In this document: piece by piece, positions 48,165 to 57,471 of the stretch
Numbering within the stretch: the stretch's first letter is position 1
Layout of the letters: every line of letters starts with the position of its first letter
Assembly: GCA_964368985.1 (NCBI GenBank)
Contig: CAYJDW010000006.1
Coordinates: forward strand, 247 to 64,246
Origin: an uncultured Myxococcales bacterium
GTDB lineage: Bacteria; Myxococcota; UBA727; JABDBI01
DNA: 64,000 nucleotides
Reading direction: 5' to 3'
Notes under the pieces: generated by a model
Seen by the model: only the letters and a program-made list of their open reading frames with translations
What the model was told of the DNA's origin: nothing
Databases searched by the model: none
Position numbers and translations under genes: made by a program

Positions 48165-49019
48165 TTAGACGCCGGTCGACAACAAGTTGGAAAAATACCC
48201 AATATCTTCGATAAGGGCCGGAGATGGCGAAAAAAATAAGGGGCGCTTGGGCACTATCAAAGTCGGGCCAAAATTAAAGAGGTTAAGCCCTAGACTTTGT
48301 AAGAGTCGTTCATAGGCTTTCAAATTTTCTTGTCCTTCAAGCAGGACCATTACATGAGGTGGCGCGGTCAACAAGTTTTCCAAGGGCCAAATCGGCCAGG
48401 CCGTATGCGGGTTTGTACCGAGATTAGCAAAACCCATGGCCTCGACTATTTCTGCAATAAAGGTTTTCGCTCCCGCCACAACCAAGGGTGAATGAGCGAT
48501 AGCCAAGAGAATAGTGGGGCGGTTTTGGCCTGGGGCCCATGTTTGGGCTTTAGCATCGCTAAGGGCTCGATCGAGGCGCTCATTTAAAAGCTGGCCTTTC
48601 TTTTTGACACCAAGTTTTTCACCGAGCTTTTCATTGATAAAACGAATGTCGCTGAGGGAATCGGGTTGATGGGCAAATATTTCTATGCCGTTTTCCTTGA
48701 GGCGACGAAGTTTGTCGGCGGCGAAAACATGGGGAACGGCCAGCACCAAATCAGGCTTGAGACTTAAAATAATTTCAAAGTTGGCGTCGGCAAAAGTGCC
48801 GATGCGCGTGACGTTTTTTACTGCATCGAGGTCGCAGTGGTTTGTGATCCCCGCTAGGCGATGGGCTTGTCCGAGGGCCACGACCGTCTCGCAATAGGAG
48901 GGCGCCATGGCGATAATGCGTTGATAGGAAGAATTTTTAGGTGCGACGGGGGAAGAGCCAGCAAAATAAAACCCGGCTGCGATAAAAAACGCTACAAAAA
49001 GAGCCAAACCAAGTTTCAC
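48165..49019 (-). CDS. Periplasmic substrate-binding protein (BtuF/FhuD/TroA-like class III)
   Basis: '…IIAMAPSYCETVVALG…LKPDLVLAV' is the class-III signature. A GTG start at 49019 overlaps the upstream stop as GTGA; an ATG at 49082 is the alternative. Confidence 0.7.
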   Translation of the reverse strand: MKLGLALFVAFFIAAGFYFAGSSPVAPKNSSYQRIIAMAPSYCETVVALGQAHRLAGITNHCDLDAVKNVTRIGTFADANFEIILSLKPDLVLAVPHVFAADKLRRLKENGIEIFAHQPDSLSDIRFINEKLGEKLGVKKKGQLLNERLDRALSDAKAQTWAPGQNRPTILLAIAHSPLVVAGAKTFIAEIVEAMGFANLGTNPHTAWPIWPLENLLTAPPHVMVLLEGQENLKAYERLLQSLGLNLFNFGPTLIVPKRPLFFSPSPALIEDIGYFSNLLSTGV

Positions 49020-50578
49020 GGGCCAAATATCTCCAAAAGATCGAGCGGAACTATTTTTTCCTGGCCCCCTATGACGGCCCACGCGCCAAAGCCAGGTTGA
49101 TAGTCTTTGGCATAGTCTTTAAAGCGAAAAATAAGTTGCTCAGGACTAGGCATGAGGCGCTTATCCTGGTCGCCATTGAGCATGAGTGGCTCAATAAAGG
49201 GAAAGGGGAAATAACCTTCATTAAGGCTATAGACCACAAGACTGCCATCACTGGACGCGAGAAAGACCAAATCGTCATGCCATAGTGATGCTAGAGTAAA
49301 ACTGAAAGGGCGATGAAAGGGGTGGGGCTTTATGTCATTATCGGTGAATGCGGTAGCATTCTCCTCGAGAACGGCTATTTTATTGCCATAGGCCAAAGGC
49401 ACCACGAGTTTAGAGCCCACTAAAGCGGGCTGGCCCGGACTAAAGTCGACCAGGGCTATCGGATTGCTAAGACTCAAGCTTGTTTTATCCGCGGAAAGAG
49501 TAAGTTTTACGAGACCAGCGTCGTCGCTGGTGATGGGATTTGTATTTGTATCACGATAAGCTCCTGCACAACTAACCCATATTTCAGTTTCATTCTTCAC
49601 CATAAAATAGCGAGGATTTTTAAAAGGGAGCTCAACAATTGCTTCGCTACGAATCTTATTATTTTCGATCTTGAGCAAGGCCACTATTCCTTTTCCCACC
49701 ACCGCCAAATCATTCTTAGTGTGATCGGCGAACTGATAATAGTTAGCAAAGCTTGCTAAATAAGTGGTGTCGTCGAGAGCAATTATTTGCTCAGGACTAT
49801 GAGCAAAAGATTTACTAATGCTCGTGCTAGATTCCGAAGTACCGTCGACACTCAGTGGTATTTTTACCGTGAGGGCCGGGTTATTTTCAAAGAGATAGAG
49901 ATTGCCTGTCTTATCTTTGAGGCGGCTTTTATCCGCAATACTTCCTTGGCTTAGATTTAATAAAGCGAGTTCACCACTCCCAGAAAAGGGCACAAGTGCA
50001 TGATTGCCTTTAGATGCGACCATGCGAGGAAAAAGGTTTGCAGTGGCGTTTGGATTTAAGCCAATGGTTGAACTAGCTTTTTTCTTCAGGCGTCCCGTCT
50101 CGTCGACATTATGAAGACTAATGAGCATTGCATTGCTCGATAAAATCGCGGCACTAGAGCCGTTTAACGCCACATAGCTGAGCTCATTGTCGGTACTAAA
50201 AGGCTTTTTAGCGACATTGGCGATTGCCTCTGGCAGATTCTTTATCTGATAGGTTTCAGAATAATGCTTGGAATCCACGCTAAAGGTGAGATCGCCGACA
50301 CTCGCACTTTCTTGAAGGGTCAACTCAACATCAAATCTTCCTTCTGCGTCCGAGATGGTATTTTCCTTCTTGTTATTATGGCTTCCCACCTCGACAAAGA
50401 CCGGAGTATTAGGCGGTGTTGCTCCCCGAAAACCGCGAGCGCGGACGCCGCGTGAAGTTTTTGCCATTACGATCAGCTGGTGCTTGATGGGACCTGTAGG
50501 CAATATCTTGAACTTAGGTTCATCCTTGCAGGATGCAAGCAGGAGAAGGGCGGTGAGCGCGATTATTGATTTCTTCAT
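49016..50578 (-). CDS. Lipoprotein (LLLASC), a probable surface accessory protein of the TonB-dependent receptor
   Basis: The lipobox is present. An N-terminal CarbopepD_reg-like 'GATPPNTPVFVEV…DAEGRFDVEL' segment is followed by a beta-rich domain. The start overlaps the receptor stop by 1 nt. Confidence 0.55.
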   Translation of the reverse strand: MKKSIIALTALLLLASCKDEPKFKILPTGPIKHQLIVMAKTSRGVRARGFRGATPPNTPVFVEVGSHNNKKENTISDAEGRFDVELTLQESASVGDLTFSVDSKHYSETYQIKNLPEAIANVAKKPFSTDNELSYVALNGSSAAILSSNAMLISLHNVDETGRLKKKASSTIGLNPNATANLFPRMVASKGNHALVPFSGSGELALLNLSQGSIADKSRLKDKTGNLYLFENNPALTVKIPLSVDGTSESSTSISKSFAHSPEQIIALDDTTYLASFANYYQFADHTKNDLAVVGKGIVALLKIENNKIRSEAIVELPFKNPRYFMVKNETEIWVSCAGAYRDTNTNPITSDDAGLVKLTLSADKTSLSLSNPIALVDFSPGQPALVGSKLVVPLAYGNKIAVLEENATAFTDNDIKPHPFHRPFSFTLASLWHDDLVFLASSDGSLVVYSLNEGYFPFPFIEPLMLNGDQDKRLMPSPEQLIFRFKDYAKDYQPGFGAWAVIGGQEKIVPLDLLEIFGP

Positions 50579-52401
50579 TACAAATTCTCCAATTCAACTT
50601 GTCCAAAAAAGATGGTGCCGGGGAGCGGCATTTCGTAAATATCTCGCGCAGTCTTGTGATTAAAAACGTTGCTGATGGAGAGCGAAGTAGTGAGTCTTTT
50701 ATAGACGCGCGCCGAGAAAATCGCGTCGACGAGAGCATAAGCCTTGGTCTTAAGAGTGCCGTTAAGATTGGCTGAAGTTGGCCCGCGATAGCGGCCAAGC
50801 AAGCTCATGCTTAAGAAATCTTCGGTCCCAAAACGTAATTTGCTGAAACCAAGGAAGGGCGGCGCCTGAGGTAATGGTGCTTTGCTGGCTTTTACTCGCG
50901 TGTATAAAATTGAGTTATTGCTTTCAAACATCAACCATTCACGGGGTTCATAGCTAAAATTTACATCGATGCCATAGCGTCTGGCCGTGTGAGCATTGAT
51001 GGGTTGTTGCTTAGTGCCGAGCAAGGGAACATAGACGATCACGTCGCTGAGCCACCCCAAAAAACCGGAGACATGGATTTGAGCGAGGGGGCTTATTCTG
51101 TAATTAGTACTCAGTTCAATATCCCACACGCTTTCTTTTTGCAGGTCCGGATTGCCGACGAAGAAACGATTGTTAGCGTGCAATTCCATGAACGTGGGAA
51201 GGCGTTGAGCGCGAACAATGCGGGTGGTGACACTCATGCGATCGCTCGGCTCAATGGTTATGCCTAGGTCTTTCTTAAATACCAAACCATAAGTCTGATA
51301 CCCGATCATGCTGAAATTACTAAATACTGTGGGCTTCATACGACCATTTAGGCGGCTAACGCGTTTCATGAAAAACCCAGCACCGATGCGGGTTTGATCA
51401 ATTTCATAGGCTCTTTCAATCACGATTTGTTGAGCCAAATCGAATTCCGCCATGGATTTAAACCATTTTAGCGGTCTAATACCGAGCTTAATCTCATGCG
51501 TTGTGCTCATGAATTGTTCGTCATTGGTGGGAATGTCGGTCGTGGAATAATTAAACAAACTATTGGCCACATTGGTATAAAATTCCGCCCGATCCAGTTT
51601 TTTAGCAGCTCCTACTGATAGGCCAGAATAGACCGAATGGCTTCGCAAATGGGGGGTGGGAGAGGATTGAAAACCGGCGATTCCACCTTCGTGGGTGTTT
51701 AAGGCAACTAATGCGTGTCCGCTGCCGGTGGGGGATTTTCTTTGATAGTTCACCAAAGCTTGAAGGCGATGCTGATCATTATTGTCGCGATAATAATTAT
51801 TGTTTGGATCTTTTTTATCTAGATGGGGGGAGGAATAGGCAAAATTGCCTTCGGTGGAAGAAACTTGCAAGGCCACCAACATGCTCGAATAATCGTCGAG
51901 CGGCGCCCCCGCACTTGCGCCCGCTTTGAGGCTTGATTGGGTGCCTATGCCGAAAACACCCTTGGCATAGGGCGCGGTAAAATGGGGTAAGCTAATGTGA
52001 AGGCCTTCCGCATTGGTTTGCATGCGGCTGGCGGCGAAGAGAAACATGGCATTGGCATCGCTAAAGCCGTTCACGGGATTATTAAGATTGAGTCCCTCTA
52101 AATCTACTCTGAGACGTCCATCGGACAAGCCTCGATAGCGAAGTTCAGAGCGCCCCAGAGGTCCATTTCTCTCCGTCAGCGTCAGTCCTGGAATATGAAA
52201 AAGCATCGCGGAATCGCTGAGTTTTTGATGGGAGCTTTGGTCGGTAGTATAGCTAAAGCTAGAAGCATGGGGAGGCTCGATTTCCCCCTCGACCACGGTT
52301 TGATTTTCTTGCAACTCAAGTTCAGTCGTAGGTTTTTCGGTATCGCTAAATGCCTGCGGGGCCAAAATAAAAAGCGCCAACCAACTATTTTTCAATGACA
52401 T
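50578..52401 (-). CDS. TonB-dependent outer-membrane receptor
   Basis: A signal peptide and a plug domain ('…GLTLTERNGPLGRSELRYRGL') are present, followed by a 22-strand barrel. The start is chosen at MSLKNSW. Confidence 0.8.
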   Translation of the reverse strand: MSLKNSWLALFILAPQAFSDTEKPTTELELQENQTVVEGEIEPPHASSFSYTTDQSSHQKLSDSAMLFHIPGLTLTERNGPLGRSELRYRGLSDGRLRVDLEGLNLNNPVNGFSDANAMFLFAASRMQTNAEGLHISLPHFTAPYAKGVFGIGTQSSLKAGASAGAPLDDYSSMLVALQVSSTEGNFAYSSPHLDKKDPNNNYYRDNNDQHRLQALVNYQRKSPTGSGHALVALNTHEGGIAGFQSSPTPHLRSHSVYSGLSVGAAKKLDRAEFYTNVANSLFNYSTTDIPTNDEQFMSTTHEIKLGIRPLKWFKSMAEFDLAQQIVIERAYEIDQTRIGAGFFMKRVSRLNGRMKPTVFSNFSMIGYQTYGLVFKKDLGITIEPSDRMSVTTRIVRAQRLPTFMELHANNRFFVGNPDLQKESVWDIELSTNYRISPLAQIHVSGFLGWLSDVIVYVPLLGTKQQPINAHTARRYGIDVNFSYEPREWLMFESNNSILYTRVKASKAPLPQAPPFLGFSKLRFGTEDFLSMSLLGRYRGPTSANLNGTLKTKAYALVDAIFSARVYKRLTTSLSISNVFNHKTARDIYEMPLPGTIFFGQVELENL

Positions 52402-52626
52402 TATGCACCTAGTGACCAGATTAACCAATGGATTGCGACGGGAAAGGCAAGCAAATGAATTCATCAGCGAGAGCTAGCAATCGGATTTTGATAATTCAAA
52501 TGGCGTTGTTGCATAAATATTAAAAACACTTTGCTGGCCCCACTACTTCAGCCTCCCTTTAGGATTATTATTTAACGAATAATGGGTTCAATGACATTCC
52601 TGTTCATGGATGTGCTAGGAGATCGA

Positions 52627-54681
52627 ATGAAGAAATTATCAAGGCTAGGATTTTTGCTGCTGCTCGGCTCATCGGCTGGGTTTTTAGGCTGCAGAAGTAT
52701 TGAAACTAAAACAGTGAAAGGTATGAGTGCTATGGAAGGAATTAATCGCTTGCCGACGGATTTGAGCGGCAATAATATTTTGGCTCGATGCATCGAGCAT
52801 ATCGAAGCTGCTGACATTGTTAAAAAACAATTGGTCAAAAACTCTAGCAGTGCTCCATTTTTGAATACCCTTCAGGCCTACAACGATATTTTGATTCATC
52901 TCGATGCAGCTTTAAGTCAGGCATCTTTGTTGAGCCAAGTTCACCCCGACGAGAAAATTAGAAAAGATGCTGAAACCTGCGAGCAAAAAGCCTCCAGTTT
53001 TGCCACTGATTTATCGCTTGATCGTGAATTATTTGAAGCCATTAAGCTCGGCCAGACGGCGAGCCTAGATGCTGAGGCTAAACGCTTATTCGATCGTACC
53101 CTGCGTGATTTTAAACGCTCCGGCGTCGATAAAGATGAGCCGACGCGGCAAAAAATTAAGCTCCTCAGAGAAGAGTTGGTGACTATTGGTCAGCAGTTTG
53201 GTCAAAATATTCGCGACGAACGTTTTGTCATCAAGCTTGATAGCGCGAAAGACCTCGCAGGTATGCCAAGTGATTATATCGATGCGCATAAGCCTGGGGC
53301 CGATGGCAAAATCGAGATCTCGACGGATTATCCTGACTATATTCCATTTATGAAATATGCCCAAAGCAATAAACATCGCCAAGAACTTCGTTTTAAATAT
53401 CTGAATCGTGGCCATAAAAACGGTCCCATTCTTCAATCGATGATCGAAAAAAGACATGAGCTGGCCCGTATTCTTGGCTATAATTCTTATGCCGATTATG
53501 TAGCTGAAGATAAGATGATTAAGGAATCTAAATCGATTCATAGTTTCATCGATAAAATATCAAAAATAGCGAAGGCGGGTGCTGATAAAGAATATGAAGC
53601 TTTGCTAAAATTTAAACAAAAAACCGATAAATCTGCAAAGAGCATTGAAGGCTATGAAAGTGGTTATCTTGAAGAAGCTTTTAAGAAAGAACAATTTAAG
53701 TTTGATTCTCAAGAAGCTCGCTCTTATTTTTCCTATGACAAAGTTCGCAGTGGTTTATTGGCAGTAACCGGTAAATTATTTGGGCTTCGTTATGAGCGCG
53801 TTCAAGATACGAAAGTTTGGCATCCATCGGTAGAAAGCTATGATGTCTTCGACGAAAATGGAAAGCTTGGTCGTATCTATTTGGATATGCATCCACGCGA
53901 TGGGAAATATAAACATGCAGCGCAGTTCACGGTTGTGAGTGGACTAAAAGATCGTCAATATCCCGAAGGGGCACTGGTTTGTAATTTTCCTGAGCCCAAA
54001 GAGGGCGATAAAACGGCTCTAATGGAACATCGCGAAGTGGTTACGATGTTTCACGAGTTCGGGCACCTGCTTCATCATACTTTCGCGGGCAAGCAAAAGT
54101 GGATGCCATTTTCAGGTGTTGCGACGGAATGGGATTTTGTAGAGGCTCCTTCTCAGTTATTGGAAGAATGGGCTTGGTCGCCAGAAGTATTGGCCATGTT
54201 TGCCACCAACCAAAAAAACGAGCCAATTCCTGCCGAATTGGTCAAAAAAATGCGTGCTGCGGATGAGTTTGGTAAGGCCATTGCTGCTCGTCAGCAGATG
54301 TTTTATGCGGCCTTAAGTGCTGATTATTACGATAAAGATCCAAAGTCTTTTGACTTATTAGGCCACCTCAAAGAATTGCAAGCGCAATATTCTTATTTCC
54401 CCTACGAAGAAGGTACCCACTTTCACTACAGTTTCGGCCACCTCGAGGGCTATTCGGCTTTGTACTACACTTACATGTGGTCATTAAGCATTGCCAAAGA
54501 TTTACTCGAGCCCTTTAAACAGGAAGGCCTGATGAATCCGAGCGTCGCCAAACGTTATCGCGATATTGTCCTAAAACAGGGCGGCTCGAAGGATGCCAAG
54601 GATTTAGTACAAGAATTTTTAGGACGTCCCTTCAAGTTTGATGCCTTTGAAAAATGGCTAAAAACCGTTCCCGTGACCTGA
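52627..54681 (+). CDS. M3-family zinc oligopeptidase (Dcp/OpdA-like), lipoprotein
   Basis: Lipobox 'SSAGFLGC' and zinc-binding motif 'MFHEFGHLLHH'. Confidence 0.8.
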   Translation: MKKLSRLGFLLLLGSSAGFLGCRSIETKTVKGMSAMEGINRLPTDLSGNNILARCIEHIEAADIVKKQLVKNSSSAPFLNTLQAYNDILIHLDAALSQASLLSQVHPDEKIRKDAETCEQKASSFATDLSLDRELFEAIKLGQTASLDAEAKRLFDRTLRDFKRSGVDKDEPTRQKIKLLREELVTIGQQFGQNIRDERFVIKLDSAKDLAGMPSDYIDAHKPGADGKIEISTDYPDYIPFMKYAQSNKHRQELRFKYLNRGHKNGPILQSMIEKRHELARILGYNSYADYVAEDKMIKESKSIHSFIDKISKIAKAGADKEYEALLKFKQKTDKSAKSIEGYESGYLEEAFKKEQFKFDSQEARSYFSYDKVRSGLLAVTGKLFGLRYERVQDTKVWHPSVESYDVFDENGKLGRIYLDMHPRDGKYKHAAQFTVVSGLKDRQYPEGALVCNFPEPKEGDKTALMEHREVVTMFHEFGHLLHHTFAGKQKWMPFSGVATEWDFVEAPSQLLEEWAWSPEVLAMFATNQKNEPIPAELVKKMRAADEFGKAIAARQQMFYAALSADYYDKDPKSFDLLGHLKELQAQYSYFPYEEGTHFHYSFGHLEGYSALYYTYMWSLSIAKDLLEPFKQEGLMNPSVAKRYRDIVLKQGGSKDAKDLVQEFLGRPFKFDAFEKWLKTVPVT

Positions 54682-54699
54682 TTATGAGGAATGCTCGGG

Positions 54700-55380
54700 C
54701 TAATCCTTGCTAAGTTTCTTTTTGAGATCGCTCAGTTCATCTTCAAGGCTGGGAGTATTCGTACTCTCAGTTTTTTTTGGCTCATCTTCAATGTTCTTAT
54801 TTTGTTCCATATAGGCCATAAGTTCAGTAAGAGCCGCCACTTCTGCTTCATTAGTATCGATTTTTTCTTCCATTCGATCAAAATTATCAAATAAACGGGT
54901 GTCATTTACGTGATCGGGGCTTTCGGCAGGGGGAATAAGGGTCGTATTTCGGATACGCAGGCTTGCTTCGGGGCTCCTTTTTAAACGACGAATTTTGTCA
55001 TCTAAAGCTTTTAAGCCTCGATTTATCGTATCGATAGATTGTTGTTCTTCTTTGATGAGATGGGCTAATTCTTCATATCTATTTTCCAATATCTGCCGAT
55101 CTTTTATTAGTGATTCATCGCTTAATTTATCCTTATTTATTAGTGAATTTTCTGCTTTGCTAGATAGTTCTATTATTTGATTTTTAAGTGTTTGTTGTTT
55201 TTTTTGCGCGAGCTTAAGTGAAGCCATGGCGGATAATAAAAGTCGATGGGCTTTATGTTTGCTGGCTTCAACATCGATAATTTTTTGGGCCCGCAATTTT
55301 TTGGGATCCTCAGCCTTATCGAGCCAATCGTTAAGGTTTGAACGTACGAGATCGTTGAATTTTTTTATTATGCCCATTTT
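54700..55380 (-). CDS. pspA: PspA/IM30 family protein
   Basis: 'MGIIKKFNDLVRSNLNDWLDKAEDPKKL' followed by a long coiled coil. Confidence 0.8.
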   Translation of the reverse strand, partial: KMGIIKKFNDLVRSNLNDWLDKAEDPKKLRAQKIIDVEASKHKAHRLLLSAMASLKLAQKKQQTLKNQIIELSSKAENSLINKDKLSDESLIKDRQILENRYEELAHLIKEEQQSIDTINRGLKALDDKIRRLKRSPEASLRIRNTTLIPPAESPDHVNDTRLFDNFDRMEEKIDTNEAEVAALTELMAYMEQNKNIEDEPKKTESTNTPSLEDELSDLKKKLSKD

Positions 55381-55496
55381 GTCACCCATTGCCACCCCTC
55401 AGCCAAAAATGGCCGGGGCACTTGTTCAAACAGGAAATTATGATAAAGCCTTAAAGCCTTTTGCCTATTAACTAATCATACGGGAAAGAAACCAAC

Positions 55497-55919
55497 ATGG
55501 ATACCTATCGCGTCGGGTCCAACATTGATTCGTGGTGCACCAAGTGTAAGCTTGTGCTCGCTCATACCATTGAGGCTCTTGCCCAAGGGTCTATTAAAAG
55601 GGTGCAATGTAATACTTGCCGGGGTAAGCATCAATTTAAAGACAGCGAACCCAAATTAGCCACTAAAAAATCTTCACCAGCAACCAAGAGTGATAAGGCT
55701 CCAAAAGCCCGTTCAAAGGCTGGGGATTTTAGCAAACTGGTGCGCAATCGCTCTATCGAGGTAGCACTTCCTTACAGCGTTAAGAAGCATTTTGCGCGAG
55801 GCGATCTCATCAACCATGTGCAGTTTGGCATGGGTGTTGTGGTAGACCAAAAAGATGTGCAAAAGATTGAAGTATTGTTTGAGACGGGACCTAAAATCTT
55901 GATTCACGCTCGAACATAA
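55497..55919 (+). CDS. Hypothetical zinc-ribbon protein (140 aa)
   Basis: CxxC…CxxC ('WCTKCKL…CNTCRG'). Confidence 0.45.
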   Translation: MDTYRVGSNIDSWCTKCKLVLAHTIEALAQGSIKRVQCNTCRGKHQFKDSEPKLATKKSSPATKSDKAPKARSKAGDFSKLVRNRSIEVALPYSVKKHFARGDLINHVQFGMGVVVDQKDVQKIEVLFETGPKILIHART

Positions 55920-55925
55920 AAAACC

Positions 55926-55956
55926 TAAAGCATAAAGCTTTAGGAATTTTTGCCTA
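55926..55956 (+). terminator. Rho-independent terminator
   Basis: cctaaagc-ataa-agctttagg followed by aattttt. Confidence 0.55.
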
Positions 55957-56267
55957 CCTATAAGGCCACGCGCTTACTTTTTAAGTTCGACAAATTTTTG
56001 CGGTTGGTTGAAGTGCGCTTGGCATCCGGTTGAGATAAATACAAAGGCGGCGAGAAGTGCTGCTGGTAGAATCCAAAAACCGCTTTTCATATGTGTCCCC
56101 ATTCAAAGTTTTTGATCGCAATCGAAACTATTTAATTACTTCGATGGGATCTTGCACGTCGTTGATCTAGTTTAACGCGCTAAAAATGATCAAAAAAAAG
56201 GAGAAAGTCGAGGTACGACTTTCTCCCTAGGGTTAGTAGATCTAACCACTGCGGCGATCAAAACTTT

Positions 56268-56981
56268 TTATGTACCACCTTCGTCGTCACTGAAGTCCCC
56301 ACCAGCACCAGCGCCATCGCCGTTATCATCATCGAAGTGGAATTCGAAGAGGTCAGTACCTTCTTCGCATTCATTGATCAAACCACGGCGTGGTCCGATG
56401 ACTGGAGCAACGGGAGGAAGGAGTTGTGGACCGATAGGACCTTGAGGACCTGCTACGAGAGGTTCACCTAGAGCTACGAAGTTATAAGGATCTTGCATGA
56501 GTGGATCGATCCAGCAATCTTTGATGCTGGTAGCGAAGAAGGCAGTGCGATTCCAACCATGTTGATCATCTTGATCGTAGGCGCGCGTTTTAAGGAAGGC
56601 CACATCTTCAGGTACCAAGATACCGTTAGGATAAATGGTCAGAGCGCGACTGTTATCAATTTCTTCCAAAGGTGGTCCGAATTCGGAGCATTCTGGATGG
56701 ATGTGGCAGTCATTATCACCGCAGTCAGTCAAACCATCGCCATCGTCATCCACGCCGTTACCGCACGCGGTTTCGACCGACAGAATCGGCAGATAACCAC
56801 CGGTGAACACTGGATAGCCCGGAGCCCCCAAAATAGCTAAATCCGAGGCTGATCCGTTTTCTACTGGTTTGTAACTTGCATCTTCGGTTGAATTTGACTG
56901 ATTGCCGCAGTTGTTCAACGCAATAAAACTGGCAGAAAATAACGCAAGCATTGCGTACTTGCTCATTATGCTTGTTTTCAT
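56268..56981 (-). CDS. Secreted protein with a Cys-rich Asp/Gly motif (CGNGVDDDGDGLTDCGDNDC) and an acidic C-terminus
   Basis: A signal peptide is present. The CxDxDGDGxxDC motif is of the putative metal-binding type common in Myxococcota-like genomes. The tail is Pro/Gly-rich. Confidence 0.5.
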   Translation of the reverse strand: MKTSIMSKYAMLALFSASFIALNNCGNQSNSTEDASYKPVENGSASDLAILGAPGYPVFTGGYLPILSVETACGNGVDDDGDGLTDCGDNDCHIHPECSEFGPPLEEIDNSRALTIYPNGILVPEDVAFLKTRAYDQDDQHGWNRTAFFATSIKDCWIDPLMQDPYNFVALGEPLVAGPQGPIGPQLLPPVAPVIGPRRGLINECEEGTDLFEFHFDDDNGDGAGAGGDFSDDEGGT

Positions 56982-57193
56982 CTTACCCCCCTAGGTAACG
57001 CGCGAATAATCTTTTTGCTGTGCTGAGCGCGCGCACTTCAGCATCGGGGGGATTTAATAAATGACCTCTTCCTTTGCACGTGAAAGTGATCTTTCATGGA
57101 TCAATAATTTTTTGTGGTTGAATAATAGCGAGGTGAATTTGGGTGACAGTGTGAGGGGATGTAGGTGTTGGGCTTTGTCATCTTCGGGGTTGA

Positions 57194-57410
57194 CCGGCGT
57201 TGTTGCGTAAATGGGGGCTATTTTATCTCAACAACTCCTCGCCCGCTTGCGGGAGAGGCTAGGGAGAGGGTGGAGAGACATAAACGTGAAAGTCATTACA
57301 AGAAATCCTTCGTTTTTGTTTCTCCACCCTCTCCCCCAGCCCTCTCCCGCAAGCGGGCGAGGGAGCGTGCAGGGCCTTAGCCTCCAAATTTATTTATGCA
57401 ACAACGCCGG
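57194..57410. repeat. MITE/REP-like element, copy 3 (full length, ~217 bp), with terminal inverted repeats ccggcgttgttgcgtaaat / atttatgcaacaacgccgg and an internal long palindrome
   Basis: The TIRs are exact reverse complements. The internal sequence ctcctcgcccgcttgcgggagaggctagggagagggtggagag…ctccaccctctcccccagccctctcccgcaagcgggcgagggag is palindromic. Confidence 0.7.
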
Positions 57411-57471
57411 GTTGACCCGAGGATGATAATTTAGGATCAGATGAAACTTAAGTGGATTTAGGGATTATAAG

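Noticed and set aside
52402-52581. Cobalamin riboswitch upstream of the TonB-dependent receptor
   Set aside because: The leader lacks the B12-box and GCCACTG core elements. Only a weak Fur-like half-site and a MITE TIR remnant are present.
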